Positions 37,540 to 45,005 of a stretch of 64,000 nucleotides of DNA are shown piece after piece (within the stretch, counting starts at the first letter, position 1; each line of letters begins with the position of its first letter). The position numbers and the translations under genes were made by a program. The stretch covers positions 25,170-89,169 of the forward strand of contig JAGVBZ010000014.1 of the NCBI GenBank assembly GCA_020059465.1. The letters are read 5' to 3'. This stretch comes from Brevinematales bacterium. Lineage in GTDB: Bacteria > Spirochaetota > Brevinematia > Brevinematales > GWF1-51-8. The notes beneath the pieces are model-generated. The model had not been told where the DNA came from, searched no databases, and saw nothing but the letters and a program-made list of their open reading frames with translations.

Positions 37540-38301
37540 ATGGACGAGATACTGATCTATCACGGGATCGCCTACGGGTTTATCGGACTTGGGGCTGTGG
37601 TGTTTATTATGTTGTTCTTTTTCTCAGCGCCCTACGGACGTTATATCCGTCCGGGATGGGGCCCTGCGCTCGGGAACCGGCTTGGGTGGATCCTGATGGA
37701 ATCGCCCGCGCCGCTGATGATGCTGTTCTATTTCTTCACCGGAACCCGTCACGATCTCGTACCGGTAGTCCTGCTTATCCTTTGGCAGACCCATTACGCC
37801 GAGCGCGCTTTTATCTACCCGTTCCTCCTCAGCAGGAGTAAAAAGATGCCGCTGGTAGTCGTCCTGTTCGGGATGATATTCAATATGCTGAATACATACC
37901 TGCAGGGGCGGTGGCTTTTTTCCGCGGCGCCTGTGGAAAGCTACTCCGCCGGATGGTTCGTCGACCCGCGTTTCATCATCGGGGCGGCGCTTTTTATCGC
38001 CGGGTATATCATCAACCGTTGGGCCGACTCGGTTATCCTGCGGCTGAAACGCGAGAATCCCGAAGGTTATACAATTCCGCGCGGGGGATTATACGAAGTG
38101 ATTACGTGCCCGAACTACTTCGGTGAAATGATTATCTGGCTGGGATGGGCTGTGATGACATGGTCGATCGCGGGATGGACATTCCTGTTCTGGACTGCGG
38201 CGAACCTCGCTCCGCGCGCGTTCTCGCACCATAAGTGGTATAAGGCGAATTTCCCGGATTATCCCGCGAAACGGAAAGCGCTAATACCGTTCCTATTCTG
38301 A
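37540..38301 (+). CDS. 3-oxo-5-alpha-steroid 4-dehydrogenase (SRD5A/polyprenol reductase-like) family membrane protein
   Basis: C-terminal signature GGLYEVITCPNYFGEMIIWLGWA...HHKWYKANFPDYPAKRKALIPFLF. GGAGG Shine-Dalgarno 4 nt upstream. Confidence 0.8.
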   Translation: MDEILIYHGIAYGFIGLGAVVFIMLFFFSAPYGRYIRPGWGPALGNRLGWILMESPAPLMMLFYFFTGTRHDLVPVVLLILWQTHYAERAFIYPFLLSRSKKMPLVVVLFGMIFNMLNTYLQGRWLFSAAPVESYSAGWFVDPRFIIGAALFIAGYIINRWADSVILRLKRENPEGYTIPRGGLYEVITCPNYFGEMIIWLGWAVMTWSIAGWTFLFWTAANLAPRAFSHHKWYKANFPDYPAKRKALIPFLF

Positions 38302-38865
38302 TTTTTTATTCCGCGTCACCCATTCGCCGAATGTCAGGGTCTCGTAGCATTCCTTTCCGCCGACCGCGATATTCCCGTCGACAGTCGGCCCGGAGTACGA
38401 GTTGTAATATGCGTCCGCACCGCTCAGGGGCGATACCGCCGGGAGAAGCACGATCTCTGTGGCGAGCGGGAGCAGGGTATGTGTCTCCCCGATCAGCCCG
38501 AGCCGGAAATCCCCGCTCAGCGCGGATACGGCGATATTCACCGATTTCCGCATCAGTTGAAAACAGAACGGGTATAGCCCGCTGAAAAAATTCGCCTCGT
38601 CGATAAATATATCCGAAATACCCGCAAGTCCGTTATGCAATCGGGCGAAACTCTCGAAATCGAGCGTGTTCGGGAGAACCTCGCATGCGGCCTTGATACC
38701 GGAGTGCGTGACCACCTCGTTCGACGAGTACCTATTGTCGAGCTTCGGCTTAATGACGACGATATTCCGTTTGGCAAGCTTCGCGCGTTCGATCCGCCGC
38801 ATAAGCTCGGTACTTTTCCCGCCGAACATAGGGCCGAGGATAAGGGCGAGGGTAGGTTCGGGCAT
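38293..38865 (-). CDS. tdk: thymidine kinase (TK1-like) with degenerate zinc ribbon
   Basis: P-loop GPMFGGKSTEL, KPKLDNRYS, and DEANFF motifs. Confidence 0.85.
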   Translation of the reverse strand: MPEPTLALILGPMFGGKSTELMRRIERAKLAKRNIVVIKPKLDNRYSSNEVVTHSGIKAACEVLPNTLDFESFARLHNGLAGISDIFIDEANFFSGLYPFCFQLMRKSVNIAVSALSGDFRLGLIGETHTLLPLATEIVLLPAVSPLSGADAYYNSYSGPTVDGNIAVGGKECYETLTFGEWVTRNKKSE

Positions 38866-38938
38866 ACGTTCCTCCTTGACGGATTACTATATAACCAAAA
38901 ACGAATCCCGTCAAGTGAAAAATATATCCTTCGCCAGC

Positions 38939-38967
38939 TTGATTCCGATAATCAATAATGTTACAAT
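38939..38967 (+). promoter_or_regulatory. sigma70-type promoter for argD (TTGATT-17-TACAAT, TGn) overlapping a 6-5-6 inverted repeat
   Basis: Reads cTTGATTccgataatcaataaTGtTACAATatcc. The inverted repeat TTGATTccgatAATCAA spans 38939-38955. Confidence 0.45.
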
Positions 38968-38994
38968 ATCCGGCACAATATTGAGGAGACCCCT

Positions 38995-40173
38995 ATGAGC
39001 GATTTTATGAAGGACTCCGACGACACCCTGATCCCGTTTATCAAACGGCAGCCCGTCGCGTTCGTGAAGGCGAAGGACCATTACCTGTGGGACGAGTCCG
39101 GGAACCGTTACACCGACTTCACCGCGGGTATCGCGGTCGTCAATCTCGGCCACTGTAACGAACGTGTCAACGAGGCGGTCAAGCGCCAGATCGACACGAT
39201 CCAGCATATATCGAATGTCTATGTCATACCCCAGCAGGCGGAGCTCGCGAAGCTGATATCTGCGAAATCGTTCCCCGGTAAGACGTTTTTCCTGAACAGC
39301 GGGGCTGAGGCGAACGAGACCGCGCTCAAGGTGGCGAGATACGCCGCGCTCAAGAAGTCGCCCGGTAAAACGAAGCTCCTCGCGCTGGAGGGGTCGTTCC
39401 ACGGCCGGACGATCGCGACAATCACATTGACAGGACAGCCGAAGTACCGGAAGGGTTTCGAGCCGCTTCTCGCGGATATCGAACATATCGAATTCAATAA
39501 TATCGAATCCCTGCGGTCGAAGTTCGACGATAAGGTCGCCGCGGTATTTATCGAAACCGTGCAGGTCGAGGGCGGAGTGCGGATCATGACGCCGGAGTTT
39601 GTCGACGAACTGAAACTGCTCGCGAAGAAGCACGACGCTTATATAATAGTCGACGAGGTACAGACGGGAATCGGGCGGACGGGGAAGATGTTCGGCTACC
39701 AGTGGTACAAACTCGAACCGGATATGATCACGTTGGCGAAGGCGCTCGGTAACGGTATCCCCATCGGCGCGGCGCATATCCGCGACGAGATATCCGCGAT
39801 GATATCGCCCGGTCTGCATATGTCCACGTTCGGCGGGAACTACACCGCATGCGCCGCCGGTATCGCTGTGATGAACGCGATGGACGATAAGATGCTCGAC
39901 CGGGTGGCGGAGATGTCGGAATATATCAACTCGAAGGCGTACGAACTGAAGACGAATTTTCCCGATGTGATAGGCGAAGTCCGGATTCGGGGCCTGGTCG
40001 CAGGGATTGACCTGAACGGGATAGATGTGGGCGATTTGATGACGAAGCTGCTGGAACGGAGGATTTGCGTCCTGCGGTGCGGGGAGAATACGCTCCGGCT
40101 CGTGCCGCCGTTCACGATCGGCGAGGCCGATGTTGATGAACTATTCGCCGCACTTGGGGAGATATTAGAATAA
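38995..40173 (+). CDS. argD: acetylornithine aminotransferase (class III PLP aminotransferase)
   Basis: GIAVVNLGHCNERV, NSGAEANE, DEVQTGIGRTGKMF, and the PLP lysine context ITLAKALGNG. Confidence 0.85.
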   Translation: MSDFMKDSDDTLIPFIKRQPVAFVKAKDHYLWDESGNRYTDFTAGIAVVNLGHCNERVNEAVKRQIDTIQHISNVYVIPQQAELAKLISAKSFPGKTFFLNSGAEANETALKVARYAALKKSPGKTKLLALEGSFHGRTIATITLTGQPKYRKGFEPLLADIEHIEFNNIESLRSKFDDKVAAVFIETVQVEGGVRIMTPEFVDELKLLAKKHDAYIIVDEVQTGIGRTGKMFGYQWYKLEPDMITLAKALGNGIPIGAAHIRDEISAMISPGLHMSTFGGNYTACAAGIAVMNAMDDKMLDRVAEMSEYINSKAYELKTNFPDVIGEVRIRGLVAGIDLNGIDVGDLMTKLLERRICVLRCGENTLRLVPPFTIGEADVDELFAALGEILE

Positions 40174-40218
40174 AAGTTTGCCACAAAGGCACAGAGTTTA
40201 CAGAGAGTAAAAAGTGAA

Positions 40219-40647
40219 CTAGAGAATTATTCGGCTAATACCGTCTTTCAGTAAACGTGAATTAAAATTGATGAGAAGACCTAGTTTTTTATTGGCAATC
40301 TTTAGATATGATAACAGTTGTGCTTCGAAGATCGGATCGAATCATTCAACAGATTTTAATTCCACGATAATAGTATCTTCGATTAATAGATCTAATCGAT
40401 GTTCGCCTATCTTTTGATTTTTATAAAATACAGGGATAATTGCCTGAGAAACAAACCTAACATTATTTGATTTTAGTTCAAAAATCATCGCTTTTTCGTA
40501 TATTGATTCTAATAAACCGGGACCTAAATTTTTATGTACTTCTATTGCATACCCGATGATTTCATGACTTAATTCGTTTATTTCCTTCATATACTTCCAA
40601 TTCCGGTTTTCTCTGCGGTCTTTGTGTCTCTGTGGCATATCGGACAA
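40219..40647 (-). pseudogene. GxxExxY protein (PD-(D/E)xK-like) interrupted by an in-frame TGA
   Basis: The ORF reads ...GPGLLESIYEKAMIFELK...HRLDLLIEDTIIVELKSVE then TGA (40342-40344). The same frame then continues FDPIFEAQLLSYLKIANKKLGLLINFNSRLLKDGISRIIL*, which is the expected C-terminus of this family. Confidence 0.7.
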
Positions 40648-40696
40648 AACGATCCTGAGCTCAATATCAATTTTATGAGAGCCGGTAAGTAAATCT

Positions 40697-42397
40697 CTAT
40701 CGCTTTCTTTTTATCGGATTTCCCGTAATCCTACCCTTCCGCTCGTCGAGACGCTTTATATCCCGCTCGACATGGATTTTTCCGCCTGTGAACGGGTCGA
40801 TTCCGGTATAGTACATCACGCTCGACCATGTCGACGGAGTAGGGGTGAAAATCTGCGCCTGTTCCGGATTGAGCTTCAGCTCGTTCGACACATACCGCGC
40901 GAGTTCGGTCTCCTCCTCCATACCGCTCCCAGGATGCCCCACGATGAAGTAATAAGTCAGGAATTGTTCCTTTCCGCATTCGCGGGTCGTCTGCTCGAAC
41001 GATTTCCTGAAATCGGCGAGACTCTTTTTCACTTCGGGCTTCCGCATGAGCGTCAGTACCTTATTGCTGACATGCTCCGGCGCGATCTTCATCTGCCCGG
41101 AGATATGGTGCGCGACGATTTCACGGAGGTACTCCCCGCCGTGCACGGTATCGCCCTGTATCATATCGTAACGGATTCCCGACGCGATAAAGATATGTTT
41201 GATACCCGGAATTTTGCGGAGTTTCCGGAGAAGCGCGGCCTGACCGCCCTGCCCTGTCTCGAGCTGGGGGCATTTCGACGGGTACAGGCAGAGACGCTTG
41301 CCGCACTGCACGCCGGGATGGTTCCGGCAATAGGACGCGTACATATTGGCGGTCGGCCCGCCGATATCGGTGATTACCCCCCGGAATCCCGGCAGTCGGC
41401 TGAGGCGTGTGACCTCCCGGACGATCGAGTCAGCGCTCCGTGACGATACCGCCGCGCCCTGGTGCATCGATATCGCGCAGAACGAGCATTCGCCGTAGCA
41501 TCCCCTATGTGCGGTGACTGAGAAACGTATTGTATCGAGCGCGCGAACCTCGCCCATCTTCCGGTATTTCGGATGCACGTCATACTCGTACCCGGATTCA
41601 TAGACTTTATCGAGTGCGTCGCCGGACAGGGGCGGGGACGGGGGATTCTGTACGAGATAACGGTCGTTATGGCGCTGTACGAGGGTTTTTCCGCCGGGGG
41701 TGTTATTTGAATAAAAATCGCGGAACATCCGAAGGAACTTCTCATTATCGGCCTTGGCTTCCTCGTAGGACGGCAGTTCGAGCGCAGTGGGAGGGATATC
41801 CTTTGATATATAACACAAACCCGGAATCCCGCGCCATTCTGCGTGATCGCGCAGAGCCGCCGCAAGTGCGAGAACCGATGTCTCGGCCATCCCGTAGAGA
41901 AGGATATCCGCCTTGGAGTCGAACAGGATTGAACGGCGGACGGAGTTGTCCCAGAAATCGTAATGCGCGATACGCCGGAGGCTGGCCTCGATACCGCCGA
42001 GGACTATCGGGACGGTCGATTTGAAATTACGGCGGATCAGATTGGTATAGGCGAGCGACGCGCGGTCGGGACGGCGGTTATTCTGCCCGCCGGGAGTGTA
42101 ATCGTCGGACTTGCGGAACTTTTTCAGCGCGGTATAGTTCGCGACCATCGAGTCGACGCTTCCCGCTGTCACGCCCCAGAATAGCTTGGGTTCGCCGAGA
42201 CGAACGATATCAGCGGGGTCGTCCAACGACGGCTGGGCGATGATCCCGACACGGTATCCGGCGTCGACAAGCAGATGCCCGATGAGCGCCGCGCCGAATG
42301 TGGGGCTGTCGATATAGGTATCCCCGGTGACAATGATGATATCGAGGGCGTCCCATCCGAGTTTTTTTACCTCGTCGGGAGTGACGGGAAGAAACAT
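40697..42397 (-). CDS. ygiQ: YgiQ family radical SAM protein (UPF0313)
   Basis: N-terminus MFLPVTPDEVKKLGWDALDIIIVTGDTYIDSP... plus the radical SAM cluster motif GCYGECSFC; 566 aa. Confidence 0.9.
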   Translation of the reverse strand: MFLPVTPDEVKKLGWDALDIIIVTGDTYIDSPTFGAALIGHLLVDAGYRVGIIAQPSLDDPADIVRLGEPKLFWGVTAGSVDSMVANYTALKKFRKSDDYTPGGQNNRRPDRASLAYTNLIRRNFKSTVPIVLGGIEASLRRIAHYDFWDNSVRRSILFDSKADILLYGMAETSVLALAAALRDHAEWRGIPGLCYISKDIPPTALELPSYEEAKADNEKFLRMFRDFYSNNTPGGKTLVQRHNDRYLVQNPPSPPLSGDALDKVYESGYEYDVHPKYRKMGEVRALDTIRFSVTAHRGCYGECSFCAISMHQGAAVSSRSADSIVREVTRLSRLPGFRGVITDIGGPTANMYASYCRNHPGVQCGKRLCLYPSKCPQLETGQGGQAALLRKLRKIPGIKHIFIASGIRYDMIQGDTVHGGEYLREIVAHHISGQMKIAPEHVSNKVLTLMRKPEVKKSLADFRKSFEQTTRECGKEQFLTYYFIVGHPGSGMEEETELARYVSNELKLNPEQAQIFTPTPSTWSSVMYYTGIDPFTGGKIHVERDIKRLDERKGRITGNPIKRKR

Positions 42398-42479
42398 ATT
42401 ATACTCCGGGGATATTTTAACATGAAACTGCTACGCAGTCTAATTCCGATATCTAACTGATAATCAGTATCAGAATAAT

Positions 42480-42499
42480 ATCCGTGTTCGGACACGGAT
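42480..42499 (-). terminator. perfect 8-bp hairpin downstream of the MDDF operon
   Basis: atccgtgt-tcgg-acacggat. On the minus strand it is followed by attattctgat, a U-rich but imperfect tract. Confidence 0.35.
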
Positions 42500-42530
42500 G
42501 AACCCTGATTTATAGGAAGTGGGGAATAAA

Positions 42531-42800
42531 TTATTTCCCGCTGGGGGGCTTGCCCGGCTTTACCATATTATCGCGGAATTCCGGCCTGACGGAGGGTATC
42601 CCTGGGAGCGGGATGAATCGGCTTGTTCCATGCTCGTCTGTCACAGTGACACCGGGGATCGTTCCGGACTGGGAATCATTACTTCGCGGGGTTGCGGGGA
42701 CTCCCGCAAGGGGAATACCGGGAGCAACATGATTACTCCCGGTATCGGCGGATTGTTTTCCGGGATTATTGTCCACGGGCTTGATTTTAAAATCATCCAT
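42531..42800 (-). CDS. hypothetical Pro/Gly-rich protein with MDDFKIK N-terminus
   Basis: Start set at ATG 42800, preceded by AGGAGGGTTGT. The sequence is MDDFKIKPVDNNPGKQSADTG...GIPLAGVPATP...PLPGIPSVRPEF..., with no TM segment. Confidence 0.5.
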   Translation of the reverse strand: MDDFKIKPVDNNPGKQSADTGSNHVAPGIPLAGVPATPRSNDSQSGTIPGVTVTDEHGTSRFIPLPGIPSVRPEFRDNMVKPGKPPSGK

Positions 42801-42829
42801 ACAACCCTCCTGTAAAGGATAAATACCTG

Positions 42830-43798
42830 TTACCAACTTCTCCATGCGCCGCTGTTTGTTACAACAACCGTGCCGGATACAGACTGTGCGAACGGAACAG
42901 CATATATAAACTCAGAACCATAATTATCATATACGCGTTGGGCGGCTATACCTTGTGAAGGGCAAACAAAATAGGAAACTACGGATGATACACCATTGTA
43001 TAGAAATGTCATTGTAACAGAGTCATCCGCCTGTACTTGGTTGGAGGTGACTGCAAATGAGCTATAATAAAACGATCCATGCAGTAAAACATAATCGCCG
43101 GGAGAAATATTCGTACCCACGACATTTGTTATCAAGTTATTTATAAATGTAATATTAAAGGTAACATTAGTAGATTTATAGGTCGGGCCAACACCTTTCC
43201 AATGAGTGATACATCCCATTGCGGTACCACCGACGTTAGAAAGGATATCATTGGTCATGTAGATATTGGTAGCCAGACCCTTAAGTATATCCAATGTGCG
43301 GTTGGCAATACCTTCGAATGCAAGTCCACTATCAGTGAATTCCTGCTCTTCGTTCGCCCAAGTACCGCCGAAACCCGGAGTACCATTGACGAATTTGAAA
43401 GTCAGAAATGCATCATTTGTCAGATTATTTGGCAGTTGGAGCTTATATATATCCAAAGTGACTTTAGTCAAATGAGCGACCGTAGAGGCGGGATCCCATG
43501 TTGGAATCTGTACTCCATTGACTGTAAGCCCTCCGAAATCACCAACGGCATAGATTGCATTGGTAACTCCTCCCGCAGGCTCCCACAGGTTAGTCGCATT
43601 ATCAAATGAGGAGAGCTTAACGTAGATATTGACTATAGGTGGTGGTGGCGGTGGTGGAGTTCCTGCCATAAAAAATCTTTCACAACCGGTACATAATGAA
43701 ATAATAATTGCCAAAGTGAGTGCACCCTTTTTTATGTGTACTTTTTCAAATGAATAAGAAGGTTTCTTTGCTACCTTCTCGATCCTGAAATCATCCAT
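42830..43798 (-). CDS. hypothetical lipoprotein-like protein with MDDFRIEK N-terminal extension and poly-Pro linker
   Basis: MDDFRIEKVAKKPSYSFEKVHIKKGALTLAIIISLCTGC, then PPPPPPP, then a beta-rich domain (IYAVGDFGG...TFKFVNG), possibly carbohydrate-binding-like. Confidence 0.6.
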   Translation of the reverse strand: MDDFRIEKVAKKPSYSFEKVHIKKGALTLAIIISLCTGCERFFMAGTPPPPPPPIVNIYVKLSSFDNATNLWEPAGGVTNAIYAVGDFGGLTVNGVQIPTWDPASTVAHLTKVTLDIYKLQLPNNLTNDAFLTFKFVNGTPGFGGTWANEEQEFTDSGLAFEGIANRTLDILKGLATNIYMTNDILSNVGGTAMGCITHWKGVGPTYKSTNVTFNITFINNLITNVVGTNISPGDYVLLHGSFYYSSFAVTSNQVQADDSVTMTFLYNGVSSVVSYFVCPSQGIAAQRVYDNYGSEFIYAVPFAQSVSGTVVVTNSGAWRSW

Positions 43799-43853
43799 TC
43801 AACCCTCCTATGATAAGGTGTAAATATATTACCTTAGAACTTTGGTTTCATGG

Positions 43854-44135
43854 CTACCGCATACCGACAGTGAATTCCCCATTCCAGAAAGGAACATCTT
43901 TTGTTTCTGTGCGCACCCTGTTTGTCCCGATTAGGGGAATCTGTATATTGCTATTGGTACGATCGTTTTCATATAATTGGGATGAAGGAGTGACCATCAC
44001 ACATCCCTGCGCGCTTCCGGCGATAATCGACGAAAGGATGATGAAACCCGTCAATAGCGGCGGTTTAGTATTACCCGCCGGTTTCGCGGCATACCCCGCA
44101 GCCCTTGTCTCTTTCGCAATCCCGAAGTCCCCCAT
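43854..44135 (-). CDS. hypothetical small lipoprotein-like protein with MGDFGIAK N-terminal extension
   Basis: Start set at ATG 44135, preceded by CAGGAGAG. The sequence begins MGDFGIAKETRAAGYAAKPAGNTKPPLLTGFIILSSIIAGSAQGC... Confidence 0.5.
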   Translation of the reverse strand: MGDFGIAKETRAAGYAAKPAGNTKPPLLTGFIILSSIIAGSAQGCVMVTPSSQLYENDRTNSNIQIPLIGTNRVRTETKDVPFWNGEFTVGMR

Positions 44136-44298
44136 ACGACTCTCCTGAAAACCGCGCACTCCCCACAATATCACCATATACGTAAGTATAGCACAAATAC
44201 CGGTATTTTTAAAGCGATAGATTGAATTTATTTTTCGGGCGCGGGGGTTGATATTTTTCAAAAATTAACGCAGAATATAGCATGATTACGGAGGCGTT

Positions 44299-45000
44299 AT
44301 GCGTGTAGGTATCCTCGGGGGCGCGTTCGATCCCCCTCATAACGGGCATATCTTGCTGGGGCGGTTCGCGCTCGAACAGCTTTCGCTGGAACGGATGATC
44401 TATATCCCGACCCGCGTTCCCCCGCATAAGAATGTCGAATCCCGCGCCGAACCGGAGTTGAGGGCGTTCCTCGCGCGTGTCGCGCTGTGCGCGGTTTCCC
44501 CGGTGGACGCGAAAGATTTCCTGATAGAACATGGTTACCTCAAACAGAACTCGCCCGAACTTCGGCACTTCTCCGCGTTATACAGCGGGGTGTACCTCTC
44601 GCGGCACGATGACCGGATGGATGTTTCGGATATAGAAATCTCCTGTGCCGGGGACAAGCCTTCCTATACGTTTGATACGGCCGGGGTGCTGCGTACGGCA
44701 TACCCGGAATGGGAGGTCGTGATCGTGATCGGGGCGGATCAGGCCGCGACACTGGATACGTGGCACCGGATCGGCGAACTGTCCCGGATCGCGGAGTTCG
44801 CGGTCGCATGCAGGGGGGACGAAGATATGCGCGGGATACGGGAAAAGTACCCGTATATCAGGGAGTTCGTGTTCCCGAAAAGCGATATCTCGTCAACAAT
44901 CGTACGGGAGCGCATACGCGCGGGTTTGGCCCTTGCGGGAATAGTACCCGTTTGTGTGGAAATTCTCCTCGGATGCGAAAAAATTAGAAAAAAGTTCTAA
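44299..45000 (+). CDS. nadD: nicotinate-nucleotide adenylyltransferase
   Basis: MRVGILGGAFDPPHNGHILL (H/TxGH motif), the C-terminal ISSTIVRERI motif, and GGAGG upstream. Confidence 0.85.
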   Translation: MRVGILGGAFDPPHNGHILLGRFALEQLSLERMIYIPTRVPPHKNVESRAEPELRAFLARVALCAVSPVDAKDFLIEHGYLKQNSPELRHFSALYSGVYLSRHDDRMDVSDIEISCAGDKPSYTFDTAGVLRTAYPEWEVVIVIGADQAATLDTWHRIGELSRIAEFAVACRGDEDMRGIREKYPYIREFVFPKSDISSTIVRERIRAGLALAGIVPVCVEILLGCEKIRKKF

Positions 45001-45005
45001 ACCTT

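Noticed and set aside
37287-37841. 184-aa plus-strand ORF
   Set aside because: Its 3' half is an alternative frame of the SRD5A-like gene. Its 5' half lies in intergenic DNA with no Shine-Dalgarno.
38911-39819. 302-aa minus-strand ORF
   Set aside because: It is antisense to argD, which has clear class III aminotransferase motifs. No family features.
40342-40344. TGA in the GxxExxY gene as selenocysteine or programmed recoding
   Set aside because: No SECIS-like hairpin is evident immediately downstream. The family is not known to contain Sec, and TGA is the ordinary stop of many genes here. A nonsense mutation or a sequencing error is more likely.
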